From the NCBI RefSeq assembly GCF_009914755.1, contig NC_060934.1: a stretch of DNA of 64,000 bases; one strand, 5' to 3'. The translations under genes were made by a program, and so were the position numbers. The notes under the pieces were generated by a model, which was not told where the DNA came from, did no database searches, and saw only the letters and a list, made by a program, of their open reading frames with translations. Position 1 is the first letter of the stretch. Every line of letters starts with the position of its first letter. Below are positions 15,097-29,616 of this stretch, one piece after another. Origin of the DNA: the human T2T-CHM13v2.0 reference genome, Homo sapiens.

Positions 15097-15366
15097 GGCC
15101 AGACAAGGTGGCTCATACCTGTAATCTCGGTGCTTTGAGAGGCCAAAGTTGGAGAACTGCTTGAGCCCAGAAGTTCAAGACCAGCCTGGGTGACATAGTG
15201 AGACCCCATCTCTACAAAAATAAAATTAGCTAGGTGTATGCACCTATAGTCCTAGCTACTTGGGAGACTGAGGCAGGAGGATTGCTTGAGACCAGGAGTT
15301 GGGGGTTACAGTGAGCTATGATTGTGCCAGTGTACCCCAGTCTTGGCAATAGAGCAAAATCCTGTC
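15097..15366 (+). mobile_element. AluJ
   Basis: AluJ diagnostics TGCTTGAGCCCAGAAGTTCAAGACC, ACATAGTGAGACCCC, GGAGGATTGCTTGAG, AGTGAGCTATGATTG; degenerate TSD AGAACCCCACTGA (15084-15096) / AGAACTCTACTGA (15499-15511). Confidence 0.9.
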
Positions 15367-15387
15367 AAAAGAAAGAAAAAGAAAGAA

Positions 15388-15418
<31 letters not shown>

Positions 15419-15498
15419 GAAGGAAGGAAGGAAGGAAGGAGGAAGGAAGGAAGGAAGAAGGGAGGGAGGAAGGAAGGAGGAAGGAAAGAAAGGGAGAA
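15367..15498 (+). repeat. (GAAA)n-(GGAA)n compound microsatellite in the AluJ tail
   Basis: Seen directly; pure purine tract. Confidence 0.95.
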
Positions 15499-16492
15499 AG
15501 AACTCTACTGACCAACTCAAATTATTTCTATTCTTTGAAGATTTTCATGGCTACCTAGGCTAATGTTCTTGTATTATATTAGTAATATAATATTTCCTAT
15601 ATTGTATTTCTTGTAATATATGTCAATCATTCAGTGGAATACACATTGGAGTGAGACCATTGTGGGTTCCATTCCTGACACTCCTGCTACTAATGACTTG
15701 TATGCTGTTGGACAAGCTTCATCACATTTACCAGCACATTTCTCATGTTCTGTTGTCAATTTAGAATCATTACCAGCCCCTTTTACATTGTCTTCTGTAT
15801 AGAAGGGGGAAAATCTGTAACAACAATACCCAGAAACATTTTCCCTATATGGTCCTAAGATCGATTCCATTATGTTTGTGAGATTTAAACATTGGATGAG
15901 AAGGAGAGCACTTCTTCTCTGGTGGTGGTTGCAGGCAGAAACATGGGCAGATAAGAATGTCATAACCATGACCTAGGGTACCTGGAGAAGTACCCACACA
16001 GGTGACACAGAGAGTGAAAATCCCTGACTGCTCTTTCTTGTGATTGTTGTTGTGTGAATCTTTCCCTGGACGAACACCTTTAATTCCTGCTTTAGTGCCA
16101 CAGGTGATGAGATCCTGTGCACAGGTTTCTTGATTTTGGAATTCCACTAGAAGCTTCTCTGATTTTCAGTTCCCTTATCCAGGAAGAGATCCCAACAATC
16201 GTGCAAGCCTCTAGTTCCTGTATAAAAAGAGTTTTACTTGGGCTAGTTGGAGAGTCTTTGGTTTTCTTGACCAAACCATGAAGGATACAAAGTCTCAATC
16301 CCTCATTAGCAAAACAGAGATTAAAAACATACTCACCCAATAAGGTTATTGTGAGCGTAAATGCCTGGCATGATATCTGCCACTCAATAATTCCTAAATG
16401 CCTTCTTGAATTAATAGTGCAAAGCACGTGGGCCAACACTCTAGCACTTGGCTCACAGACTTCGTTAATTAATGCAGTGCCCAGCCCTGTTC

Positions 16493-16524
16493 TATGTTCA
16501 TATGTTCATATGTTCATATGTTCA
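16493..16524. repeat. 8-bp tandem repeat (TATGTTCA)x4
   Basis: Seen directly. Confidence 0.9.
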
Positions 16525-17299
16525 TGAATACATATGTACTGATGGAGTGGTTCTTGAGTCTGGGCTGGCTAATTTCTATCATATCTGCTACCATGTTTCA
16601 TGTCATAGGTGCAGAGCCCTTGGGGAGTCCGCCAACCACTCACTTGTAAAGTATCTTGATAAGGCTACAATTTGGGATTAAATCCTCCCAAATAACAACT
16701 AATAATACCATGTTTCCTAAAATCAGCAGCAGTGATATTTCACTGTCTTCTCGCCTTTTTTCTAAAATAAAATGTGGGTTATGACTATAGACTTAAGCTG
16801 TGTACAGGTGAAAGCAGTAGGTCTCAAGATCAGTTTCGATGTGGTGGTGGCCTTTTGGATGCCTACAGGTATCATTTCATCATTCTATTCATTAGTCAAT
16901 AAAGAGAACAATAGAAATAAATTTTGTTACTTCTTATTTGTATATAAAGTGCAGTGATTCTTTTGCACTCTCCATAAATGTAACAGCTGTGATTTGTACT
17001 GACATTTTTAAAAGCATCTGCATTTAGAGGTTATTGATGCGGCACACTAACTCCTAGGTGATGTGAATTCTAGAAGCCAAACAAGACAAGTATGGGATAC
17101 CAAGCAAGACACCATCCTTTTGGAAGAACACTTTTTGGCTTGTTTGCCCCCTTTAAGCTGGGGTAGTCCCTCTGGATTAAGCTCTCTGCAGGAGAGCTAT
17201 ACTTTATTTCCTGATGCAGGTGTCTTGTTTAACCTTCATGCACTTTCCCCAAAGACACATCCCCTCTGGTCAGCAACGTTCTATTTCTGCTAAAACTCA

Positions 17300-17540
17300 G
17301 TCTCCAGAGTCATAATGACTTGGCTCAAACACTGTCTTTACCTGTTAGCAGCTGTGTGACATTAGGCAAATTAACCGAATCTCTCTGTGCCTAGGTTCTT
17401 TTCTGCAATAAAGAGAATGTGAGAATAATAATAGCAACTGAGTCAGAGAACTGAGAAGAATAGAAAGGATATATATGTAAAGTCTTTAACATCATCGTTT
17501 ACATAAAAAGCACTCAAAAGTTGTTAGCTTCTATTATTAT
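17300..17540 (+). mobile_element. MIR SINE
   Basis: AGCTGTGTGACATTAGGCAAATTAACC..TCTCTGTGCCT...CTGCAATA...ATAATAATAG...GCACTCAAAAGTTGTTAGCT, the MIR core and 3' end. Confidence 0.75.
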
Positions 17541-18569
17541 GGTAGGCAATACCTACATAAAATAGCTTACATTTTGGGGAGAACTCTTGCCATATTCTAG
17601 TAACTTCGCTAATCACGTAGAAAAATAAAATGTGAGTAAGATGTGGTGTTTCTCTCTTGTCTCAGGAAGCTCACATCCAGTGGGCAGATACGAACCACAT
17701 GTAAAAACTCAAAATACAAGGAAATAAACAAACAAACAAACAATCTGTGTGCTTTAAATTTTAGAAGGGAGGCAGAAATTTGAGTGGGTGTTAGGGACAG
17801 GTGGAGGAAAGTCAACAGAGGACCTCCAAGTAGACTGGAAGTTCCCAATAGGGTCAAGTCTCTGAGTTACCACAAGGTACAGTAGCAGATAGTGGAGAAA
17901 GAGGCGCCAAATGTTCAAGTCTTACTGGGGAAAAGGGTAAGAAAAGCATAGCTTAACTCAAGAGGTAATATGCCTAGGAGATAACTGTTAGTTTTTACTG
18001 TGGTTAACTCAACTAGAGAGATTGAGCATCATGCTGCTTTGAAATAAAGTGCTAAGAACAAGAAAATTAAAAGGACCTTGCTGCTGTAGTTGTCCTTCTT
18101 TGCAACTTAACAGTCAAGCTAAACAACTTAATAGATTTGAGCTCTTGTTCTCTCTTCCTTCTTTCCAATGAACAATTATTTCCTTCCTTGTTCTGGAACA
18201 GGCCCCATATGAAGAACAAAATACTACAGGGGAGGTGTATGAATAAAACAATGAATAATCAGGGGGTGAGTGCAAACCCTCAATGACCAGAGATCTAGCA
18301 GAAAGGTAATAGGGAAAAGAGGCAATGATAAATGCCCTGTGTGTATGTGTACATACAATCAGCCCTGGTAAAAACATCACTATACACAAATTGCATGGTT
18401 TACAACTTGAGTATGCTGACTGAAAAAGCATAGGTCCAAATAATTAGGATTTCGGAGCTCTTCATTCATCTAAAATACAGTGGGCATCAGTTATGTATCA
18501 ACATAGTGCTTGGCACCAAATGAATATTCAATGAAATTTGTTTACTTCTCCATTTTTGTCACGGAGTCT

Positions 18570-18760
18570 AAGTACTTTGTACATTATCTCATTGAAGTTC
18601 TCACACCTATCCTATGAAGTAGGCACTATATCTAGCTCTGTTTTACAGATGAGGAAATAAAAAGTTGAGGAGAGTAAATAGCTTGCTCAACAGTACACAG
18701 CTATTAAGTGAAAGAGCAAATATTTGAGTCCAGACAATTGAAACCAGAGCTCAAGATATT
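18570..18760 (-). mobile_element. MIR SINE
   Basis: ATTATCTCATT...CCTATGAAGTAGGCACTAT...TTTTACAGATGAGGAAA, antisense MIR core. Confidence 0.75.
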
Positions 18761-20173
18761 ACTGTGGTGTTCCGTATATGGCCTCCTATGATCTCTGTGC
18801 TTTAGGGCCAACAGCTGTGGATGAGACAGACATGCAGAATATGTTGTATGCATTTAATAAATGCCATATTACAGGTATGTAGAAGGGTCTGTCAGAGAAC
18901 ACAAGAAGAAAATAGTAAATTTCTGAGCAAGGTAAGAAAGGTTTCCCTGAAGCAGTAACACTACAACTGAAGTGTAGGGCTGGATAGTTCTTGGCAGCTG
19001 TGGGTGTTAGGCAGGAGTATGATGTTAGGAAAATAGAGAAAACATCAAGAGGATGTGCTCATGCATCCTTGGGAGCAGGCTCAGTCAACATCTATCAAAA
19101 CATAAATGGGCCATGACTTTTGTATCTGTAATTTCACTACTAACTGCAAAAGACTAAAAAAATGCACAAAAATGCTTATCTGAAATATTGTTTTGAAGTA
19201 GGGAAAATAAATTATCTAAATGTTCAACAACATAACATATACAAAGTAATTCTCTTCCGTCATTAAAAGTGAAGATGAATGTCCATCTACAACAGATCAC
19301 TTAGTAGCAAGGATGAGTAAAGATAAACTCATATATAAAAAATAGAATGCAAATACGCTATTAGCATAGAGAAAAGCCTGGAAGGATTTCCCTAAAATGT
19401 GAAGAGGAGGTAGTTAAATTGGGGGTGTTTTAGTTTTCCCTTTCACTTTGTTTGGATGGCTTGCATTTTGACAATGACATGAATCCCAAAACATTCAGTT
19501 ATAAAAGAAAAAAGCAAAGCAAAACAATAAGCTTAGGAGACCAGCAACATAAATATTAAGCAAATGAATTACAGAATAGGTCTGTTGGGATGAGGCATAG
19601 AAAGAGGTAAAAAGCAAAAGGAAAAAAGTATCAAGGTGCCTAATATGTCTCTTTCTGTACATATAACTGATGACTTTGGTGATGACGTAATTTAAGGAAG
19701 TAGAAAGTTTCAAAGCTAAGAAAGATTATCTGTTTAGGATATTACCAAACTGCCATCCCACAGACTTTTAATTCTTTTACTCAGGGCTACCCTCTGTGTG
19801 CCTCGTCTCACAGAGGACTATAAATGTGCAGATATATTGATCCTCTTAGCCTTTGGGGCAACATATAGGGCTTTGGACAGCAGAGCTCCTGGGCCAGGAA
19901 GCACAGGCGTTGGATTGTCGCATCTGTTGACTCCAACAAGCCATTACAATATTTTGTTCTATGTGAGTTGTGAGGTGAATAACGATTGGGACCACTGACT
20001 AAAGAGACCATTTTATGTGCCCCATTGCTTTGTGAAAAGTGTAACTGGAACCCAGAGAAGTTTAAAGACTTTCCCAAAGTTATGTAGCTCATTAGATAAG
20101 TAGGCCAGTCACTTACTCAAGTAGAAATAAGAATATTTACAAAAAAAAAAAAAACACAAAAAGAAAACTTTGA

Positions 20174-20733
<560 letters not shown>

Positions 20734-22515
20734 ATGTGCCCACTTTGTGGCTATGTGTCACATATCGGTAATTCTCACAATATTTCAAATATTTTCATAA
20801 TGATTATATCTGTTATAGTGATCTGTGATCAGTGGTCTTTTATGTTACTATCATAATTATTTTGGGGCACCACAAACCTCACACATGTAAGATGACAAAT
20901 TTAATTAATCAATGTTGTATGTGTTCTGACTGCTCCATTGACCAGCTGTGTTCTGTCTCTCTCCCTCTCTTTGGGCCATCTTGTTCTCTGAGACACAACT
21001 ATATTGAAATTAGGCCAATTAATATCCCTTCAAATGGCCTCTAGGTGTTCAAGTGAAGGAAGAGCCACACATCTCTCACTTTAAATCAAAAGCTAGACAT
21101 GATTAAGCTTAGTGAGCAAGGCATGTCAAAAGCCAAGGCAGGCTGAAAGCTAGGCCTCTTGCACCACACAGTTTGCCAAGTTCTGAATGCAAAGGAAAAG
21201 TTCTTGGAGGAATTTAAAAGTGGTACTCCAGGGAACACACAATAGTAAGAAGGTGTAACAGCCTTATAGGTGCTATGGAGAAAGTTGTAGTGGTCTGGAT
21301 GGAAGATCAAACCAGCCAGAACATTTCCTTAAGCTACAGCACAATTCGGAGCAAGGGGTGCTGACTCTCTTCAATTCTGTGAAGGCTGAGAGAGCTGAGA
21401 AAGCATCACAAGAAAAGTTTGAAGCTAGCAGAGGTTGGTTCATCAATTTAAGGAAAGATGTCTTCTCTATATACAACATAAAAGTGCAAAGTGAAGCAAC
21501 AAGTGCTGAGGGAGAAGCCACAGCATATTATCCAGATCTAAGATAACTGATGAAAGTGACTGAACAAAACAAGAGATTTTCAATGTAGATGAAACAGCAT
21601 TCTATTAAAAAAATAAATAAAAGATGCCATCTAGGATTTCATAGCCAGAAAGGAGAAGTCAATGCCGGGCTTCAAAGGACAGGCTGATGATCTTGGTCAG
21701 GGCCAACGCAACCGGTGATTTTTAAGTTGAAGCCAACGTTCATTTACCATTGCAAAAATTCTAGGGCTCTTAAGAATTATGATATATTTATTCTGTCTGT
21801 GCTCCTGAAAAGAAGCAACTAAGTCTGCATGACAGCATATCTGTCTACAGCATGCTTTACTGAATATTTTAAAGCCATTGTTGAGAACTACTGCTCAGGA
21901 AAAAGACTCCTTTCAAAATATTACTGTTCACTGACAACACACCCAGTCACCCAAGAGCTCTGATGGAGATATACAAGAAAATTAATGTTGCTTTTATACC
22001 CGATAACACAGCATCCATTCTGCAGCCCATCAATCAAGAAGCAATTTCAACTTTCAAGTCTTATTATTGAAGAAGTACGTTTTATAAAGTTACAGCTGCT
22101 ATAGATAATGATTCTTCTGATGGACCTGGGCAAAGTAAACTGAAAACCTTTTGGAAAGGATTCAACATTCTAGATGCCATTAAGGACATTTGTGATTCAT
22201 GGGAAAAGGTCAACATATTGACATAATAAGAGTTTGAAAGAGGTTGATTCCAGCCTTCATGTATCACTTGGAGGGGTCTAAGACTTCAGTGAAGAAAGTA
22301 ACTGCAGATGTGGTGGAAACAGCAAGAGAACTAGGATTAAAAGTGGAAGCTGAAGATGTGACCGAATTGTTGCAATCTCATGATAAAATTTGAACAGATG
22401 AGGAGTTGCTTTTATGGAAGAGCAAAGAAAGTATTTTCTTGAGATGGAATCCACTCCTGGTAAAAATCCTGTGAACATTGTTGAAATGACAAAGGATTTA
22501 GCATATTACATAAAT

Positions 22516-22713
22516 TGGGTGAGAGGAGGGTAAGGAATGAAATACCACCCTATTGGGTAGAATGTACACTCTTTGGGTGATGGGTACACTAAAAGCCCAG
22601 ATTTCACCATTATGCAATATAGTTATTTAACGTAACCACACTTGTACCCCTAAATCCATAAAAATAAAAAAAAATTCAAACATTAATAAATAAATAAGAA
22701 GTGCATCAAAAAA
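22516..22713 (+). mobile_element. 5'-truncated L1 (L1PB/L1MA-type) 3' end inserted in Tigger1
   Basis: GGGTGATGGGTACACTAAAAGCCCAGA.TTCACCA.TATGCAATA...CTTGTACCCCTAAAT plus A-rich tail; TSD AGCATATTACATAAA / AGAATATTACATAAA (about 22500-22514 and 22714-22728). Confidence 0.85.
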
Positions 22714-23861
22714 AGAATATTACATAAACTTAGTTGACAAAGCAGTGACAGGGTTTAAGAGAATTGGCTTTAATTTTGAAAGAATTTCTACTGTGGGTAA
22801 AATGCTATCAAACAGCATCACATGTACAAAGAAATCTTTTGTAAAAGGAAGAGTCAATTGGTAAACTTTATTGTTGTCATATTTTAAGAAATTGCCACAG
22901 CCACCCAAAACTCTAGCACCATCTTATTCAGTCAGCAGCAATCAACATTGAGGCAAGACCCTCCACCAGCAAAAATATTTTACAACTCATTGAAGGCTCA
23001 GATGATTGTTAGCATTTTTTAGCAATAAAATATTTTTGAAGTATGTAGTTTATAGATATAATGCTACTGCATATTTAGGCTACAGTATAGCACAAATATA
23101 ACTTTTATATTTACTAGGAAAATAAAATAATGTGTAACTTGCTTTATTGTAATTTTTGCTTTATTGCAGTAATCTGGAACTGAATCCACAATATCTCCAA
23201 AGTATGCCTACATTTTGACAAAGTAAGTCACCTGACTTTCAAGAGCTCTGCTCATTTGAGTATCTGACATTGAATTAGGAATAAAATTATCAGCCCGTAT
23301 CAAGTAAATAGTTGGGAATTCAAAATGTTAGTGTAGTTCACACAATATGGTACTTTTTGCTTGTTTTCATCTAGTCTTGTTTTAACAGTCTGTCTGTAAA
23401 AAAACCTTAGTCTTTATGGTGTTGTCTTCTGCTGGAAAGTGCAGTTCCACTATCAATTAGTTACGATACTTATGCTCATGTTTGTCTCAAGACAGTGCTG
23501 AGGCGTTACTTTCATGATAACCTTACTTGGGGCATAGCTGTCAGTCACTGATGTGGATTAGATGGCTCAGAGCTGAGGCAATTTGTGAGATGAAGAGCTC
23601 ACTCTGAGCAGCTGCTGGTGTGTCTGACTGAGGCTAACCCTCATTTTCTACTCTATGATATATTCATCCTCCACATCTTAGGCCTTTCAAATCCAGGCTC
23701 CTCAAAATCTTTATTAAAGTCGAACTCAACATTGGCCCTATATCTCCCTCTTCATCCCACGATTTATGTGTCTTCTCATTCCTATATCCTGGATCGCTGG
23801 GCTGCGTGTTTGCCTAGTGTTCCTTTGACTAGGCAGGTGAAGAAATAGGTAAATGGCTCTT

Positions 23862-24335
23862 TTGGCAGGCTGACTAGTAGCCCTCAAGATGTTCACATCT
23901 TAATGCCTGGAGCCCGTGAATGTTCACTTCTATCACAAAAGGAACATGCAGATGTGATTAAATGACAGATCTTCAGAGGGGCAGATTTTTCTGGATTGTC
24001 TGGGTGGGCCGAAATGTCTTCATAAGAGGAAGGCAGAAAAATATTTGGTTACAGAAAAGAAAGCAGAAGATAAAATGATGGAACAAAGAGGTTGGAGTGA
24101 TGCAAGGAAGAGGTCATGGCCAAGAAATGCAGGCAGCCTTCAGAAGTGAGACAAAATAAGAAAGCAGGTTCTCCCCAGACCCCCAACCCCAAAGAAGCCA
24201 GCCCTGCCAACAATTTTGCTTTACCCAGTGAACCTGATTTCAGACTTCTGGCCTCCAGAACTGTCAAAGAATAAATGTGGGTTCTTTTAAACCACTAGGT
24301 GTGTGGTCCTTTTTACAGCAGCCGTGAGAAACCAA
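23862..24335 (+). mobile_element. MaLR solo LTR (MLT1C/D-like)
   Basis: GCAGATGTGATTAA, CAAGAAATGCAGGCAGCCT, CAGACTTCTGGCCTCCAGAACTGT..AGAATAAAT...TTTTAAACCACTA are MLT1 hallmarks. Confidence 0.8.
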
Positions 24336-25309
24336 GGTAATTCGTTTGTGGAATTGTCCCTCCTGTTTCACCTCCATGCAGTTCCAAGCTACCAGAAAAG
24401 TTAATTGATGGTTTATTTCCATCTGCTATTGATATCACATCTTTATTTTTCTTTACTTTATCATCTTCTGTTTTGGAGATGAGAAAGTTCAGCTTTAGAA
24501 ATTCAATGTAATTTTCTCAAGGGAGTATCATTAGAAAGTAATAGAGTATCTGGTGGAATCCCTCTCTCCAGGCTTCCAAAGCTGACAGTCTTTCTAATAC
24601 ACTGAGCCCTTTCCCTGAATTTTAGCTTTCTTTTCTCCCTGTGTGATGAACAGAAAGCAGGGTGTCACTCTCCTTTTGAGTGTATATTTTATTGAATAAA
24701 ATTTCAATATAGCCACGACTCTAATAATAATGGGATGTTAACTTACAAATGTTTGGAGACTTCTTCAAACTTTTTTGTGTCCCACTCCCTTTCAATTCTT
24801 GTGGATGAAAACAGAATCAAAGAGACAAAAATATCAACTTAAAAATTATTTCACTATGGGACTCTAAGGTCCCCGGGAACTGGATGACTAAAAGAATCTT
24901 TCCCAAGGTTTGGGTCAGTGCCATATTTTTTTACCATTTACATATATGTGGGCACATTCCTATGGTTTACATTGACTTGCTTTTCTCTTTCTAGGCTTTC
25001 TGTTTCCATTTTAGGTACAAAAATCCTATCCTTCTGATTCTTCCTCTTTCGTGTCCGGCCCCAGAGTAATGTTGCTATAAATCTATTATCAGTATCAATG
25101 ATGATGATGATGTGTGATACTTATTAAATGCTTCCCATGTGCTAGATCCAGTGCTAAGCATTCTAGCATGAACACTTTTCATACTTATAACAACTCTATG
25201 ACTTAGGTACTTCTGTTCCTGTTCAGGATTCTAAAACAAATAAGTTACTTGCTTAAAGTCCCAAAGCTAGCAAATAGCAGGACCAACAGTTGATCAAATT
25301 CTATCTCAT

Positions 25310-25455
25310 GGGTGTGATGGCACATGCCTGTAATCACAGCTACTCAGGAGGCTGAGGCGGGAGGATCACCTGAGCTCAGGAGTTCGAGGCTGCAGTGAGT
25401 TAGGATGACATCACTGCACTTCAATCTGGGTGACAGAGCGAGACTCTTAATAAAA
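25310..25455 (+). mobile_element. Monomeric Alu (FRAM/FAM or AluJ right arm) adjoining a MIR
   Basis: Single arm CCTGTAATCACAGCTACTCAGGAGGCTGAGGCGGGAGGATCACCTGAG...GACAGAGCGAGACTC and a short A tail; antisense MIR-like sequence at about 25100-25305. Confidence 0.8.
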
Positions 25456-26699
25456 AGTATCTTATGTTAAAACTCATGCCTTTCTCTGTGCTTTCTTTGA
25501 GAACTACTCTCCTCATCCATCTCTAGGAAATCTTGCCTCCCAGCCATTCTGTTGCTGCATAACACTCATGTGGCTCTGTGGCTATCTAGAAACTCTGCCG
25601 TAATTCCCTATCTGGCCCACCCTTTTGGGCAGAGTCAGATACTTTCAAACCATCTCAACATTTTCTTCCTCATTCTTTCTGTCCCTAAGTCCACCAGCAC
25701 TTCTGTTTTTTCAGAGCAGCTGGCCTACAGCAGCCATTCAAAAGAATAAAAACCTGATCACCCTCAATCCCACCCATGTGAGAACCTTTCCTGAGAAACT
25801 ATGAAGAGTCAGACTTGACAGCAATAGAAAGTAGAGTCAGAGCTAACAGTAGTAGAAATTCAGAGTGGGTTTCACACAAACAGAGTAGCAACTGGTAACA
25901 CTCCCATCTATTTTTTAATGTTTGCTTTACTTTGCATAATCTCTCTAAGCACTTCACCACATGGCCTACTTTTTTAACAGGGTAACCCACTCCCTTCCTC
26001 AGTCTCCACCAAAGGTTAGGACTCACTGGATTAAACAAAATATTGTTAAAAACAGTGACTTGATGAATGATGCTTAGAAACTGCATTCTATTCCTCTTAG
26101 AAAATTGGCCCAGTCTCACTGCTTCCCAGAAGCGTGATATGAAAAAAATGCAAGAGAACCTTAGTGAGGACTTTCTGATGCCCAGACTTGCTTGTTCACT
26201 GAGGGCAACCCCATTGTCTGCTCTAACACATAGCGACGTTCTTTTAAATGAGCCCCATATTCGCTTATCAAGGAGAGTGAGTGAAAAGTGAGAAATAAAA
26301 CGCTTCCATTCTTTTCCATCAGCTATTACCTCAGTAATGGCACTCATAATGGTGGCATTAGAAAGAACTGGAAAAAAATCGTCATTACTCTTGGAGCCAT
26401 GAGAAATGGAGATTCAAAAAGGTTATTATTGGTAATAGGTTCACACTATAACACGTGTAATGATTGTGGGCTTAGATTGGATGCTTTTGGCTTAGTGATG
26501 GTTTTCCAGTAGGAGTTGTGTGCCAGCTGCATAGAAGTGGAACCTCTGGACCAGAGAGTGGAACTAGGGGCTTTGTTCACATAAGGTCCCTAATATGGGG
26601 CCTTGCAGCAATGTCTCACTAGAAATAATAATTTCTTCCCAAATCTGCTCTGAAAAGTCCAGTTTCTGTGCTTACAAGAATCTCAGAGGGCAGGGAAGA

Positions 26700-26740
26700 A
26701 AGACAAGGCCAGATGAAGACAAGGCCAGATGAAGACAAGG
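26700..26740. repeat. 16-bp tandem repeat AAGACAAGGCCAGATG x2.5
   Basis: Seen directly, exact copies. Confidence 0.9.
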
Positions 26741-27294
26741 TGGACAAATGAACTCTGTCTAGCTCGAATGAGCACGCTGCCCAAAAGCTATTTCAGGAAT
26801 CTGAAAGCAACCACTTTCTGGATTGTTCTGTTAACACTCAGACTACAGCTGATGCATTACGTTTCTGCCAAAACCTGAGTTTACCAAGCCAGGATAATAA
26901 AACAACAACCAACCCCTTCTGCACCCACCCCCCAAAAAAATTGCCATTCTTACCCTAGAGAGGAGGGGATTTTAAATGGCAGCCACTGCTTAGCCAAAAG
27001 CATACATTCCAAAGTCTCCAATTTATGTATGCAATTGTTATTGCCTCTCTATGGCATTTAAGTTATAATTCCCTTTACCCTGAATTCTGAAGGGAGTGGA
27101 GTGAGGAAAGTAGGGAAATGTAAAATCCCTCTAATGTTTTATTACCTTTTTGTTTAAAACAGAAGTGTCATTATTAACTGCAGCTTTTCCATCATTATTT
27201 TCCTCTAGAGTTAAATGACAATAATTTTTATGGCTTCTACCATTATGGAGTAGTAGCAAAAACTTTAGTTGAAAAGTCAAGAACCTAGGTCTGA

Positions 27295-27806
<512 letters not shown>

Positions 27807-27809
27807 AGA

Positions 27810-28340
27810 ATGCTCTTTCTAAAACAAAAAATTAGATTACTCTCCTGCTTCAAACCTCACTTTGAACATTCTCCAAAACTCTTACTCTTACCACATCCTA
27901 AAGGACACAGTCCCTGGCTCACTCTCCCACTTTTTCTGCCACTCTTTCCCCTCTTCACTGGGCTCCAGCCACACTGGCTCGCTTGCTCATCAACAGATGT
28001 GTTTCTGCCTGGAGCCTCCCTGTGCTGGGGACTCCAGTGGACACCCTTCTTGGGCTCCTCACAAGGCTTGCACTGGAACATGGTCTCCTCAGAGAGGCTT
28101 CTCTCACCACCCTCCCTACCTGGGCTGCCCCCAACACCATCCATATCTTACTCTACGTTATTTTCAGTGACTCATATCTACCTGACACTACCTTTTATTT
28201 TACTTGTTATTGCTGTTCTTCCCCAGGAGGATGACAGTCCTATCCAAGGATGGCTTTGGCTTGTTGTTTTGATTGCTCTTGTTTACCACACATTTACTGT
28301 GCCTAGCGCTTCCTTGAGCAGAGCAGGCACTGCCTGCATA
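27810..28340 (+). mobile_element. L2 LINE 3' region fragment
   Basis: CTCCAGCCACACTGGC, TCCTCAGAGAGGCTTCTCT.ACCACCC, TGTGCCTAGC are typical of the L2 3' region; explains the spurious 293-aa ORF. Confidence 0.6.
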
Positions 28341-28375
28341 AAGGATCTGTGTCACCTCACTTCATTTGGTCTAGT

Positions 28376-28683
28376 TTATTTCCTTCTTTATTTCTCTTTC
28401 TTTCTTCCTTTCTTTCCTTTATTTTCTTTTGCTTTATCTTTTCTTTCTTGCTTTCTCTCTCTTTCCTTCCCTCCCTCCCTTCTCTTTCCTTCCTTCCTTT
28501 CTTTCTCTTTCTTCTTTCTTTCTCTTTTTCTTTCATTCTCTTTCTTTTCTTTCTTTCTCCCTCTTTCTTTCTTTTCTTTCTCTCTTTCTCTTTCTTTTCC
28601 TTCCTTCCTTCCTTCCTTCCTTCCTTCCTTCCTTCCTTCTTCCCCTCCCTCCCTCCCTTCCTTCCTTCCTCTTTCTTTCTTTT
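28376..28683. repeat. ~300-bp polypyrimidine (TTTC/TTCC/CTCC) microsatellite including (TTCC)10
   Basis: Seen directly; ten consecutive TTCC at 28597-28636. Confidence 0.95.
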
Positions 28684-28924
28684 ACAATTAAGGTCTTAGA
28701 TTTTAGGGTTTGTCAAGTGCCTTTTTGATTTGATGCTCTGGAATTCTATAGCCTTCATATTGTTCACTACTCCACCTATGATGCACAGACAATAAGACAG
28801 TAGCAGATACAGATAATTAAAAAGAAAATTTCCAAGAGATGGATATGAGTAATGGCTTAGTGCACATCCCACCATGCTTGTTTCTGTATGTGTGTGTGTT
28901 GGGATCCAGCATTCCCCATGGATG

Positions 28925-29158
28925 AAGTATGGATGAAAGAGTCAGAATGCTTGTTTTTGAGTCCCCACTTTGGCATTTCATATGAGTGACTGTGGGTGAG
29001 CTACTTACTTTCTTTGTGCCTCTGTTTCCTTACCTGGAAGAATGGTAAGATATTACCATGGAATATGGTAATCTTACTATGGAAGATAGTAATCCTTCTG
29101 ATCTCATTAGGTTATTTTGAGAAGAAGTGAGTTAATACATGTAAAGAACTTAGAACAT
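28925..29158 (+). mobile_element. MIR SINE ending at the AluY
   Basis: GAGTGACTGTGGGTGAGCTACTTACTTTCTTTGTGCCTCTGTTTCCT...GAGTTAATACATGTAAAGAACTTAGAACA. Confidence 0.8.

Positions 29159-29616
<458 letters not shown>

Noticed and set aside
25799-26347. 182-aa minus-strand ORF
   Set aside because: No recognisable homology or exon structure; GTG start; plausible by chance.
27810-28728. 293-aa hydrophobic ORF and overlapping F/L/S-rich ORFs
   Set aside because: Translation of L2-like sequence plus a pyrimidine microsatellite that lacks stop codons; not a membrane protein.
29042-29080. Imperfect hairpin ATGGTAAGATATTACCAT...ATGGTAATCTTACTAT
   Set aside because: Too short and AT-rich for a pre-miRNA; a local rearrangement within a MIR.
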